Shown piece after piece: positions 1 through 11,384 of a stretch of DNA of 64,000 nt. This DNA comes from the human T2T-CHM13v2.0 reference genome, Homo sapiens, in assembly GCF_009914755.1 (NCBI RefSeq), contig NC_060940.1, one strand, 5' to 3'. The notes beneath the pieces are model-generated. The model searched no databases, was not told where the DNA came from, and saw nothing but the letters and a program-made list of their open reading frames with translations. A program made the translations under genes and the position numbers. How positions within the stretch are numbered: position 1 is the stretch's first letter; each line of letters starts with the position of its first letter.

Positions 1-650
1 GAGGTCAGCATGTGCAAAGGCGAGGGAAAGTTGGGTGCAGTCAGGGAGGAGAGGAGAGCAGGTTTGGAGCAAGAGAGATGATGGGGACTGTGTCTGGAAG
101 AAAGGCTGGGCTGGGCAGAGCTTTTCAAGGCATGGCAGAGATGCTTGATTTTATTTGGGATGCCCATGAAGGCAGTGGACGTGGGTGCATGGCCATATTG
201 GCAATTTAACAAGAGCGCTTTGGCTTCTGAATGAAGGAAGAATTGGAGTGGGTTAGGAGACCGGGCAGAGAGACCAGCTTAGAAGTGATGTGGTCTTCAA
301 AGGGGAGATGGGGGTGGCTTGGTCTAGCGTGGATGATGTGGGGATGGTGCAATGGGATAATTCAAGAGTTATGTAGGAGGAAGAACTTAGGAGGGGTTAG
401 GGATGCCTATGCAGAACCCAAGAGGAGAATCCAAGTAGGAAGGTGAATGCATGTGTCTGGGGCTTGGAAGGGAGGTGAGACCTGAAAATAGATTTTTGGC
501 ATAGAGATGTCTTTGGAACCTCAGGAGTGAATGAGACCACCCAGGAGGAGAGAGTAGAGTGATCAGAGAAGATGGAGCCTTGAAGAGCTTCAATATTATC
601 TAACAGGTGAATAAAGGATGAGGAAGCAGCAGAGGAGACTGAGGAGGGGG
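1..650 (-). mobile_element. L2 (LINE-2) fragment, ancient
   Basis: Purine-rich degenerate sequence resembling antisense L2 (e.g. cagcatgtgcaaagg, ttttatttggga, gcatgtgtctggggcttggaagggagg); boundaries approximate. Confidence 0.6.
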
Positions 651-1297
651 AGGGAGGCAGGAGGAGAAGCAGGAGAGTAGGACACCCAGCAGGGGAGGAC
701 AGAGCACTGGAGCCAGGTGAGGGCAGTGGCGGGCTGAGAGTGTGTAGAGGAAGGAAAGCTCGGCCAGGCTGCAGGGAGCCTCTAAGCACTGGAAGGGCTG
801 GGGGAGGGTGGATCAGACAAGTAGACTTGTGCATGCAAGGCCACTGAGGTGATGCTGGAGAGTGGGAGGTGTGATGAGACAGAGATACAGAAGGGAACAC
901 TGAGGCCTTGAATGACAGGCTGTGGGGTGTGGACTTCCCCCTGTAAAGTGGGATAAACCAGATGAAATGGTCACCTTGGAGAAAGCTGGGCATTTTCCAG
1001 GAGCCCCAGGCTGGGGACAGACCATGAGCAGCTCAGAAATGATCCTGCAGGCCCGGGCTCCCGGTCCATCATGATTCCTTGGAGTACTGCCCTGCGGACG
1101 GGGCCCAGGATTAAATTCCCTTCACAGAAAGTCACTATGTGTTTGATAAACTCTTATCAGACTGTGGCTGTGGGCTTGTGCCATGTCACCCAGATCTCTA
1201 ATTTCATAGTCCTGGCTCTGCCAAAGACTGGCTGTGAAACCTGGACATGTCTCTCCCCTATCTCCATCTAAACAGGGCTGCAGAAAGAGGAGGAGTC

Positions 1298-1681
<384 letters not shown>

Positions 1682-1963
1682 TTAAAAATATGTGTGTATT
1701 TTAGGTTTTTCTTGATTCAGTTATTTAGTTTTAAACCTATTTATTGCCTAAGTAATTAATGTTTGTTATAGACCAATTGAAAATACAAATAGGTGTAAGG
1801 AAGATATTTCAAATTGCTCATAATCTCACCACTTTCTGTAATAGTTTGGTATATGTCATTCCAGATATTCTCCAGTGGTGTTTTTTTTTTTTTATTAGAG
1901 TTTGGTGGTGATTCTTTTCTCCCTGCCTCAGGGGATAGATTCATGATACCCCTTTATTGAGCC

Positions 1964-2129
1964 TGGCTACTCAAAGATTGGTCCAGGGACGGCTGCATTG
2001 GCAGGACCTGGGAGCTTGGTAGAGATGCAGAGTCTCAGGTCCCACCTCAGGATTGTAGAATCGGAATTCACATTTTAAACAAGATTCCTGGGTGATTCAT
2101 ATATGTGTATTAAAGTTTGAGAAGCACTA
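1964..2129. mobile_element. MER5A-like hAT-Charlie MITE
   Basis: Matches recalled MER5A core: acctgggagcttg...agatgcagagtctcagg...aacaagattcctgggtgattca...aagtttgagaagcact. Confidence 0.8.
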
Positions 2130-2329
2130 TTCTGGAACATTAGCTTATACTTAGACTTAATTTTCTTGGACAAGAGAAAGGGAACATTTCTGAAGTTGGA
2201 ACAACTAGACATCAAAAGGAGACCCTTTGACAAAACCAGATAAACTAAAAGGTTCTTTTTTTTTTTTTTTTTTTTTTTTTAACTCATAAGCCCACAGAAA
2301 GATGGAAAATATCTGAGGGACTTTTCATT

Positions 2330-2510
2330 TACTTTATTTATTCATTTATTTTAGAGATGGGGTCTTGCTATGTTGCCCAGGCTGGAGTGCAGTGGCTATT
2401 CACAGGGGCGATCGTAGTGCAGAACAACCTTGAACTCTTGGGTGCAAGCAATCCTCCTGCCTCAACCTTCCAAGTAGCTGGGACTACAGGCGTGTGCCAC
2501 TGCACCTGGC
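2330..2510 (-). mobile_element. FAM (fossil Alu monomer)
   Basis: Monomer that retains the 7SL-derived segment (cctgtgaatagccactgcactcc on the minus strand), which dimeric Alus lack. Confidence 0.85.
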
Positions 2511-2532
2511 GTTTACCCCAATTATTTAAAAA

Positions 2533-2815
2533 GTTTCTTTTTCTTTCTTTTTTTCTTTTTTTGAGACTGAGTCTCACTCTGTTGCCTAGGCTGGAGTGCA
2601 GTGGTGCAATCTCGGCTCACTGCAAGCTCCGCCTCCTGGGTTCATGACATTCTCCTGCCTCAGCCTCCCGAGTAGCTGGGACTATAGGTGCCCGCCACCA
2701 AGCCCAGCTAATTTTTCGTATCTTTAGTAGAGACGGGGTTTCAACGTGTTAGCCAGGATGGTCTCGATCTTCTGACCTCCTGACCTCCTGATCTGCCAGC
2801 CTCGGCCTCCCAAAA
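2533..2815 (-). mobile_element. AluY-like, 5'-truncated
   Basis: Y-type diagnostics gcaagctccgcctcc and gttagccaggatggtctcgatct; small internal tgacctcc duplication. Confidence 0.9.
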
Positions 2816-2841
2816 AAGTATTTTTAACTATTAAAAAAGAA

Positions 2842-3365
2842 CAGTGATAGAATGCTAGAACTTATTCCTTCTATCTAGTAATTTTGTATTCATTAACCAA
2901 CTTTTTTTTGTGTTTGTTTGTTTTTTGTTTTTGTTTTTCCTGTGAAGCTTTTATTTTGGGCAGAGGGCAGGGAGCTCAGTCCTTCCTGGCAGCTGCTTTC
3001 TTCATGGCCGCCAGGACGTGGCTCAGCTCCTCTCTCTTCGTCTTGGCATAGATGTGTGTTAAGCAACCTCTTTCTATCTGCCTTCCCTATTCTTCCCAGC
3101 CTCCAGTTACTACCCTACTTCCTGCTCTAGCCTACCCTCTACTTCCATGAGATCAACTCCTTTAGCTTCCACATATGAGTGAGGGCAAAGGATTTAGCCT
3201 TTAATCCTGCAGTATTTCTCTTTCTGTGCCTGGCTTATTTCACTTAATGTCGTGTCTTCCAGGTCACCCATGTTATTTCAAACAACAGGATTTCCTTCTT
3301 TTTTTAAGGCTGAGTAGTATTCCACTGTGTATTTGCTTTATCCATTCGTCTGCTGATGGATATTT
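2842..3365 (-). mobile_element. L1MA 3' region, inverted segment (interrupted by RPL36 retrocopy)
   Basis: Antisense L1MA 3'UTR motifs: ctagaacttattcct, ccacatatgagtgag, gcctggcttatttcacttaa, ggctgagtagtattccactgtgtat. Confidence 0.85.
2902..3059 (-). pseudogene. RPL36: Processed pseudogene fragment of 60S ribosomal protein L36 (last 27 codons, stop, 3'UTR, poly(A))
   Basis: Minus strand 3059-2976 translates THIYAKTKREELSHVLAAMKKAAARKD*, versus recalled human RPL36 C-terminus [33 protein letters not shown] at 2955-2950; A-rich tail 2902-2938; TSD ttaa(c/g)caac at 2893-2901 and 3059-3067. Confidence 0.93.
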
Positions 3366-3630
3366 AGCTAGATAGGAGGAATACATTTTAGTGTTCTTTG
3401 GCACTGTAGGGTGACTATAGTTAATAATAATTTATTGTATATTTCAAATAGCTAGAAAAGAAGATTTTGAATGTTTTCAACACAAAGAAATAATAAATGT
3501 GTAAGGTGATGGATGTGCTAATTACTCTGATTTGATCATTACACATTGCATATATGTATCAAAATATCACTCTGTACCCCATAAATATGTATAATTATTA
3601 TGTATCAATTATAAATAATTTTTAAAAAGT
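3366..3630 (+). mobile_element. L1MA 3' terminus
   Basis: Sense L1MA end: agataggaggaata...gggtgactatagttaataataatttattgtatatttcaaatagctag...tgtaccccataaatatgta, AT/A tail. Confidence 0.9.
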
Positions 3631-3730
3631 GATTGAAAACCTCCCACACATGCAAATATATAATAAAATTTTATACATTGGAAATGAATAACACATTGAC
3701 ATTTGGGTCTTCATTGATTGTAAAAAGTAA

Positions 3731-4047
<317 letters not shown>

Positions 4048-4449
4048 AAATGTTAAGAACTTTTAACGTAAAAGATAAAACACATTTGCACTAACAAGCT
4101 ACTGCTTTTATTTCTCACACATAGGCATTCTGCTTAAAACTTCATTTGAAACAAGAAGCTGCTGAAAATCTTTGAAAACCACTCAGTGATAGGACTTCCA
4201 GGGGCCCTTCCACGGCTCTGTAATTCGGTTAGATAAAACATTATAATGATCAGATGTTTTTATTTTTAAAATACACATCTTTTAGCAGACCATAAAGCCA
4301 CACACAGATTAGTTGAGCTTGTTGTGTGGCTGGATAAAGTCAGCTGGAACTTGATTTAGGGGAAGAACACTGAACTGGAGATCACAAAGCCTGGTTCTCA
4401 TTCTTGCATTGCTTGGCCTCCATGTGACAGTCAGAAACCCATCCCTAAT

Positions 4450-4850
4450 GAGGTTGAGCTTCAGGTGTGGCTATATCCAGGTGCTCAAATGATGTCCCCA
4501 AGATTCAGGCTTTCTCTCTCTCTGGTCTACTTCCTTCTGCCCTGGTCCCATCCTCAGACAGGCTCCATTGGCCTCTAGAAGCTCCCAGATGATATCCTCA
4601 TAGATCCCAGTCCAGAAAAAAAGGGAATGTGCCTTTCCCCAGTGGCCCATCAAAAGTCACAGGGCTATGTGATTGGACTGGTTTATATCATGTACCCACC
4701 TAGAGCCTATGACCATGAAGGGGTGGGATGTGGGTGGAGGGTGGTCAAGGTGGTGGCAGAATTCAGGGACAAGTGAATCCTAGACCATGGGTCTTCTAAC
4801 CCAGGAGCTTGGGAGGGAGACGAGTGCCACCTAAACCACATGGCCTAAGT
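4450..4850 (-). mobile_element. Old MaLR LTR (MLT1J/K-like)
   Basis: gcttcaggtgtggctatatccaggtgctcaaatgatgtc...gtgattggactgg...catgtacccacc pattern. Confidence 0.6.
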
Positions 4851-4932
4851 AAGTTGGGATCCCTTAGAAAAATTAGGGTACTGTGACCAGAGGATTGGAG
4901 AATGGATGCTGTACCCAAAGTAACCAAGCATT

Positions 4933-4975
4933 AAACAAAACAAAACAAAACAAAACAAAACAAAACAAAACAAAC
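4933..4975. repeat. (AAAAC)n microsatellite, ~8 units
   Basis: Direct read. Confidence 0.97.
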
Positions 4976-5884
4976 ACCTGTTTCTAAACTCAGTTTCTCT
5001 ACCTGCCTTGAGAATGAGCAGGTTGTGAGGGCCCAATGAGAGGAGGAAGTAAATGATGAGCACTGTTACCTGTTACTTGGAGCCCTATTACTGAGGGGAG
5101 CCCCGAGCCCAATTACTCAGAGCCCTGTTACTTGGCGCTGACAGGAGCCCCGAGGCACCTTGCTGCTAACAAACATAACACACTTCACAAAATGTTCACC
5201 CTGTCCCCCATGAGACTGGTCACTGATAAAGAACTGGTAGAAAGGTTCTTTCCTACAAATCCAATTCCAGTCGGCTTGGCTGATGCTTGGCCTGCTCCTC
5301 AGAGAGGCAAACATGCCCATTTGCTGGGGAAATGCAACCCAGGGGCGTTTTCTCCTCCTCTCTCTACTGTGATCTTGCCTTTCAGAGCCAGTAGGGGTTC
5401 AGACTTGGAGTTGCTGACATTGTCAGCCCCGGAAGAAAAGTTGTGAGGCTCAGCCAGATCTATTTATGCCAGATTTTACAACATCATTGAATTATTTGCA
5501 CTCAGAACTGCTGATGTGCTGTTGTTATTGTTGTTTAAGTCTACACATAGGCATTTTGGAAGGCACCAATGAATGGGCATCTCTTTATAGTTTCTGAGGC
5601 AGAAAAAGGAAAAACTTTTTTCTCCCCTTTATTTAGGAGAAAAGTGAGTGGAGTGGGGAATACAGCCTTCTCCTTCCTGCCTGCCTGTCCCTCTTTCACC
5701 TGGGGTAAAATCTGCTTCTGAAAGCCTCCCCAGAGCCCGCTATGAGGAAGGAATAGCCCCTCATCTGTGCACCCTGGCTATTGACTCAGCAAGAGCTGCC
5801 ATATTTCCTGGCTTCCACTCTGCTCCGCCATAAATCCACTTTCCCCACCACAGCCAGAGTGACTTTGAAATACACAGATTTCCG

Positions 5885-6005
5885 GGCCAGGGGCAGTGGC
5901 TCACACCTGTAATCCCAGCACTTTGGGAGGCCAAGGTAGGAGGACCAGGAGTTTGAGACCAACCTGGGCAAGATAGTGAGAACCCCATCTCTGTTAAAAA
6001 CAAAA
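5885..6005 (+). mobile_element. FLAM / Alu left monomer
   Basis: ggccaggggcagtggctcacacctgtaatcccagc...accccatctct followed by A-rich tail; single arm. Confidence 0.9.
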
Positions 6006-6059
6006 CACATGGATTTTTCTGTGGGTGGTGGTACGTTACAAAAATAAAAACAAAAACAT

Positions 6060-6930
6060 AGATTATAGATTGGATTAGGCCACATCATCGTCCTGTTCAT
6101 AACCCTTTGGGGGGTCTCCCATCTCAGATCAAGCCCAAGCTTTTTTCCTAAGCCTACAAGGCTCAGTGTAACCTGACCTCGTGCTCTTCTCTGACCCCGA
6201 TTTCTGCCACTGCCTACTTCTACCCACTAATCTCCAGACATAATTTGCCTAATCTTAGTCCCTTGAACATGCCACACTCTTCCTCCATGCAGGCCTTTCA
6301 CACATGCTATTCCCTTATTCTGGAATGCTGTTCCCACACTCTTCATATGGCTGGCCTCTTCTCATCTCTCACCACCTCAGAAAGGCAACCCTAAACTGCT
6401 CCAACAAGTCCCCTTTTAGTTTCTGTCTTTATTTATATATATATTTTGAGATGGAGTTTTGCTTTTGTCGCCCAGGCTGGAGTTCAGGTGCGAGATCTCA
6501 GATCACTGCAACCTCCACTTCCTAGTTTCAAGGGATTCTCCTGCCCCAGCCTCCCGAGTAGCTGAGATTACAGGTGCTCACCACCACACCCAGCTAATTT
6601 TTTGTGTTTTTGGTAGAGACGGGGTTTCGCCATGTTGGCCAGGCTGGTCTTGAACTCCTGACCTCAGGTTATCCACCTGCCTCGGCCTCCCAGAGTGCTG
6701 GGATTACAGGCGTGAGCCACTGCACCCGGACCTCTTTTAGTTTCTCTTATAGCACCCTGTGGTTTTTCTGTTTCTGATAAAACACATCACATTTGCAATT
6801 CCGTATTTATTTGTCTATTGTCTGCCTTCCCATAAGACTGAGAACTTCCTGAGGGCAAGAGCTGAGTCTATTCTGTTTTGTTCACTGGCACTTGACATGT
6901 ACCTAATACATTTTTGTTGCCCAAATGATT
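6060..6930 (+). mobile_element. L2 3' region (interrupted by Alu)
   Basis: Pyrimidine-rich L2 motifs (ggcctttcacacatgctattcccttattctggaatgct; agaacttcctgagggcaaga) resuming after the Alu. Confidence 0.75.
6425..6731 (-). mobile_element. AluS
   Basis: Full dimer; TSD cttttagtttct. Confidence 0.95.
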
Positions 6931-7200
6931 AGATGGTTGAAGTCCTCTCTTGTGGAAGGCCGGACTTCCTTCTGTGTTCTTCCTTCTGGCAGTGACTTAT
7001 TTCTCCTCCCAGGAGGGGATTGGAGAGAGGAGGTTTTGTCATGCTTCCCTCTGTCCCCCTCAAGGCACTCAACATGGTATTTGGCCCACCATGGGAGCCC
7101 AGTGGAGGATGATGAATGAATTCACATTAAATATGTTCTTCCTCTTCCCCCCAACTGCACAGCCAGCTACTCCTGGGAGAGGCATAAATAGTGACCTACA

Positions 7201-7490
7201 GGCCGGCTGCAGTGGCCCACACCTGTAATCCCAGCACTTTGGGAGGCCTAGGTTGGTGGATTACTGGAGGCCGGGAGTTGGAGATCAGCCTGGCCAACAC
7301 GGGGAAACTCTGTCTCTACTAAAAATACAAAAATTAGCCAGGCATGGTGGCACATGCCTGTAATCCCAGCTTCTTGGGACGCTGAGGCACAAGAATTGCT
7401 TGAACCCTGGAGGTGGGGGTCTCAGTGAGCCAAGATTGTGCCACTGTGCTCCAGTCTGGGCAACAGAGCAAGACCGCCTCAAACAAAAAT
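7201..7490 (+). mobile_element. AluS/J
   Basis: Full dimer; TSD agtgacctaca. Confidence 0.95.
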
Positions 7491-7879
7491 AAGTGACCTA
7501 CACCATGAGACTTTGGAGTTGTCAAGCCTTTGCAAAATCTCAAACTCTCTCTTCTACTGATGTGAGTACTGTAGTGCCTGAGAGTCCATTACAACAGAGC
7601 AAGGGCAAGGTCTAAGAATCATCTTCCAAGGTCAGCACACCTGGAAGGGGTATTGCCTGAACTGAGCCTGGTAATTTCCTCCTGGGATGGGGAGGGTGGG
7701 GAGGGTGGAGAACACAGTGACAGCGCCCCCTGCCCCAGGCTTTCACTTCACCAGATATCCATTAAGCACAGTGATTGTTAGGGTCCACAGGGACTTCAGA
7801 TACAAACAAGACACAGCCCCTAACCTCAGGAGGCTCAGGGTTTGGTGGAATAGACACGTGACTTGCCCCCTTTCTGCCG

Positions 7880-8040
7880 TATGACACTTTGGGCTCGTTA
7901 CTTGAAAGCCTTGGCTTCCTCATCTGTAAAATGGGGTTATAAATGTACCAATCTCATTGGTGATAATTCATTGAGTTGATGCATAAAAATGCTTAGGACA
8001 GGGCCAGGCTCAATAAGGGTGAGTAGTCAGTGTTATTATC
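7880..8040 (+). mobile_element. MIR
   Basis: Core ttcctcatctgtaaaatgggg and MIR 3' end. Confidence 0.8.
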
Positions 8041-8399
8041 TGCCATGCCTCAGGCAAGGTACAGAGTTTCCCCAAGGCTACTTGACCTCTTCCTGTTTAC
8101 CCTGCCTCCTGGCCAGCTGCCCTCTGGTGGTAACTGTGCAGAGTGGTCGCCTGCCTCTGGCACCTGTCTGATCTGCCCCGGTCCTGCTGACCCCTCCTGT
8201 GGGCCTTTTGGTTGTCTGGACTCTTGGTATGTCCCAGGCCTTCCCTTTTTGCTAGGTTTCCAAGGCTGCTCTTCTGCGTCAGCAGGTTTCTCAGGCTTTT
8301 CAGACCCAAGTGACCATCTTGGGACATAGGCAGAGAGAAGCCTTGATGTTACTAGTTATTTCTGCCCATTGGGCACCAAATAAACACTTTCTCTAGCAA

Positions 8400-8945
8400 C
8401 AGCCTCTTGACTTCCACTTAGAGAGCCTCCTCTCCCCACATGACCTAAGCCTGCCAATGAGAGTGTCACAGCTGCGAGGGCCAGTGAGGATTGGTTCAGG
8501 GGTGAGCATGTGACCCAGGCCTGCCAGTGAGAGTATCACAGCTGCCAGGACCAATGATTGGTTCAGAGGTGGGCCTGTGACTGGAATCTGGTTAATGAGA
8601 ATATCATAGCCCCTGGCTTGGTGATTGGTACAGAGGTGGGCAGGGACTGAGGCTTGGCTTTGGTGGGACCTTTCCATGAAAAGCTTGCTGAGCCAGTGGT
8701 ATGTCAGTCTGGTGCTTTTGGGGCTTGAGAGGAGGCCCTGCCTGAGAATAAAGCTAATGGTGGAGAAAGCAGAGCCAAGAGCTAGTGGCCTGGTGACAGT
8801 AATTGAGTCTCTGGATCCAGCTGAGCCTGAAGTTCATCAACCTCTTACACTTTTCAATCCAAGGGTTGAATAAATTCCCCCTCTGAGTTTTGTGTACTTT
8901 GAACTGGATTTCTAGCCCTTGCAACTGAAAGAACATAGGCTGACT
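8400..8945 (+). mobile_element. Old MaLR LTR (MLT1J/K/L-like) with three ~67-bp internal tandem units at ~8439-8645
   Basis: Repeated gattggt.cag.ggtg.gc...tgac...gcc.atgagag unit; MLT-type 3' end (aataaattcccc...cttgcaactgaaaga). Confidence 0.65.
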
Positions 8946-8956
8946 TGTGTGTGCAT

Positions 8957-8958
<2 letters not shown>

Positions 8959-8994
<36 letters not shown>
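8959..8994. repeat. (AC)n microsatellite, ~18 units
   Basis: Direct read. Confidence 0.97.
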
Positions 8995-8996
<2 letters not shown>

Positions 8997-9164
8997 CATT
9001 CAGTGCCTACTGAGGAGTCCCTCTGCTTAGGGAACTGAGCACTGCCTGTTCCCAGAGCATACAGAGGTGACCAGGACAGTTCCTGACCTCAGGAGTCCCA
9101 GGAATGGGGCAACAAGTCCGACTTCTTGCTCAGATACTTTTAAGTGTGGCGGGCCCATTCTCAC

Positions 9165-9283
9165 CAGGGCCAGCTACGTCATTTGTAGGGCTGAGTGCAA
9201 AATGAACACGTGGGGTCCTTTGTTCAAAATTATTAAGAATTTCAAGGTAGGAACTCAGAGCATTAATCCAAGTGTGAACCCCT
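9165..9283. mobile_element. MER91A-like hAT-Tip100 fragment
   Basis: cagggccagctac...gtgcaaaatgaa...ttgttcaaaattattaagaatttcaag...agagcattaa matches recalled consensus. Confidence 0.7.
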
Positions 9284-9714
9284 ATGTTCATGAGGGAACA
9301 TATACATGAGGAAACTATCACACAAACCATTATCAAATAGGTCTAATTTAAGGTATTCTGGGGGACAAAGGCTTGGCTCCTTCAAAATAGAATCCTTGGT
9401 AGGGACCCAGGTTTGAGTAGTGCTCACCATGGCAGTAGCCTTGAGGGGAGCTGGGAATGATTGGGTGACCATACGATCTGCCTGTGGTCACCAAGGAAGG
9501 CTGTTTTGCCTGGAAGGGAAGAAAGCTCCTGGGAACAGAAATCTCAAGACCAGGCATATGGGTGGGTGGGAGCAGAGGGAGGTGGAGTTGGTTGGGATCC
9601 TTGTTTTGAAGTGGGAGGCAAACAAAGATGGGCGAGGTCCATGTTTGGTAAAAAGATGGACCAGGAGTCACAAAAGTGTCAGGGAGACCTGGTGGTCTCC
9701 TGGTTCTGCAACCA

Positions 9715-9871
9715 GGCAGACCTGGGGTTGAGTTCCACTTTGGCTGTTTAGTAGCTTAGCGACCTTGGGAAAGTCACTTGACCTCTCTGAGTGCAGTTTC
9801 ACGGAATGGAAAATAGCAGTGATATTACCCCCAGCAGGTTTGTAGTGAGTACCTAATGGGATAGTGTCTAT
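9715..9871 (+). mobile_element. MIR
   Basis: cctggggttgagttcc...gaccttgggaaagtcacttgacctctctgag...cagtttc. Confidence 0.8.
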
Positions 9872-9887
9872 AAAAAAATCCTTTATA

Positions 9888-10115
9888 GGCTGGGCAGGAA
9901 ATCGAGACCATCCTGGCTAACATGGTGAAACCCCGTCTCTACTAAAAATACAAAAAATTAGCTGGGCATGTTGGCATGCACCTGTAGTCCCAGCTACTCG
10001 GGAGGCTGAGGCAGAGAATTGCTTGAACCTGGGAGGCAAAGGTTGCAGTGAGTCGAGATCGCGCCACTGCACTCCAGCCTGGGCGACAGAGTGAGACTCC
10101 ATCTCAAGAAAGAAA
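9888..10115 (+). mobile_element. AluSc/Y-like with ~60-nt deletion in the left arm
   Basis: ggctgggc joined directly to aggaaatcgagaccatcctggctaac; 16-bp TSD aaaaaaatcctttata (9872-9887, 10116-10131). Confidence 0.93.
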
Positions 10116-10149
10116 AAAAAAATCCTTTATAAGCTATGAAATATGACCA

Positions 10150-10310
10150 AAATCCATCAGTTCTAAAACTCATCTTTTTTACATTTCATATCTCTAAAAT
10201 CGGGATAAATCTTATTATCCAAGGTGTGACATATTTAATTGGCAACTTTTCTTTTTCCTTGGTGGCTCATGAAATAATTTGTGTGTGTCACGATCAGTGG
10301 CATCTCATTA
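10150..10310. mobile_element. MER104-like TcMar MITE
   Basis: ttttacattt...tctctaaaatcggga...atttaattggca...ggtggctcatgaaataat resembles recalled MER104. Confidence 0.65.
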
Positions 10311-10842
10311 ACAGATCTGCTGAAATGATCGTTGAAACAGCAGTCGTTGGCTTTTCCATCTCCACTGCCACCCTTGCCTGTGTTTCCAGAGAACAGAAAT
10401 TAGACCTTTTCATCTGTGTCCTCTCGGAGCCTGACATAATGTCTGGCACAGGTCAGTGCTCAATTAATGCTTTAAACCAAAGTTTAAAGTGACTAGCTAA
10501 AGGGTTTTGCTGGAAGGGCTTTTGACAAGCTAAACCCAACCCTCTCACCTTCTGATTAATTGCAACTTGGGGCTGAGGCGTGGTCATTTGTGTGTCTTGT
10601 TTTCCTGGCCACCCAACTGATGCCTCTTTGTCTTATTTCTGAGAGTTGCTATGGTTCATGCTCTTCGTTTCTATAAGGTACACAGGGAACACACTTACCC
10701 CCTCATTCTTCCTGCCCCCTCCACCACTCTTAAGACTGACTCAATTAGCGTGTCACATCCCTCTGGCCTCAGTGATTGGTCCAGGGATGAACATATGACC
10801 CAATCAGAACCTTTGAGATACTATGAGATTTTTTTTTGCAGG

Positions 10843-11384
10843 ATGTAGCAGCCCCTGACTGGGCCCCATGCATAGCCTCTTGGTATTTGCCGTTTCCATG
10901 CACACGGGCTGAACTTCCAATTGCCCGTCTTTGGGTCTATGCTTGAGTACTCTCTCAGGCTGCTGGGGCCCACTCTGTCCATGTGTGCTGCAGGGGCTAG
11001 AAGTCAGGGGGCTAATGGAGCCAAGGAGTTGCCAAGGTAGCCAGGGGAGGCAAGTGAGGTGCGTAGGGTGCAAAATTTGAGGAGTCCTAGTCCCAGCTTT
11101 GTGGCAGCCCTCAACCAATGGCTGATGGGAGCTGGTGGATAAATAACCCATTTCTCTGCGAGGTGCATGTTCTACCCTGGCCCTCACAGTTCCCCAGTGG
11201 GATTAGGCTCCGGGTGCCCACAGAGATAACTGCATGGTAACATATCTTGTATTGGCTTCCTTCTCCGTGCTGGCTCTCTTCCCCATTCCCTTACCAGTAC
11301 TTCCTGTGATCACTTCCCAAGGAAACCATTTGTCCTAAAATCGTTGACTAAGGGTCTCCTTCTGAGGGAGCCCAAACCAAGACA
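10843..11384 (+). mobile_element. LTR16-family ERVL solo LTR
   Basis: tgtagcag start; gcagccctcaaccaatggctgatgggag; ends ctgagggagcccaaaccaagaca. Confidence 0.75.

Noticed and set aside
397-993. 198-aa Ser/Pro/Leu-rich ORF
   Set aside because: Translation of L2-derived and low-complexity purine-rich sequence
2330-2510. Possible 7SL/SRP RNA gene
   Set aside because: Lacks the central S domain; matches the FAM Alu monomer
8439-8645. Three ~67-bp tandem units as a novel array
   Set aside because: Lies within an MLT1-type LTR, where this CCAAT-containing unit is commonly repeated
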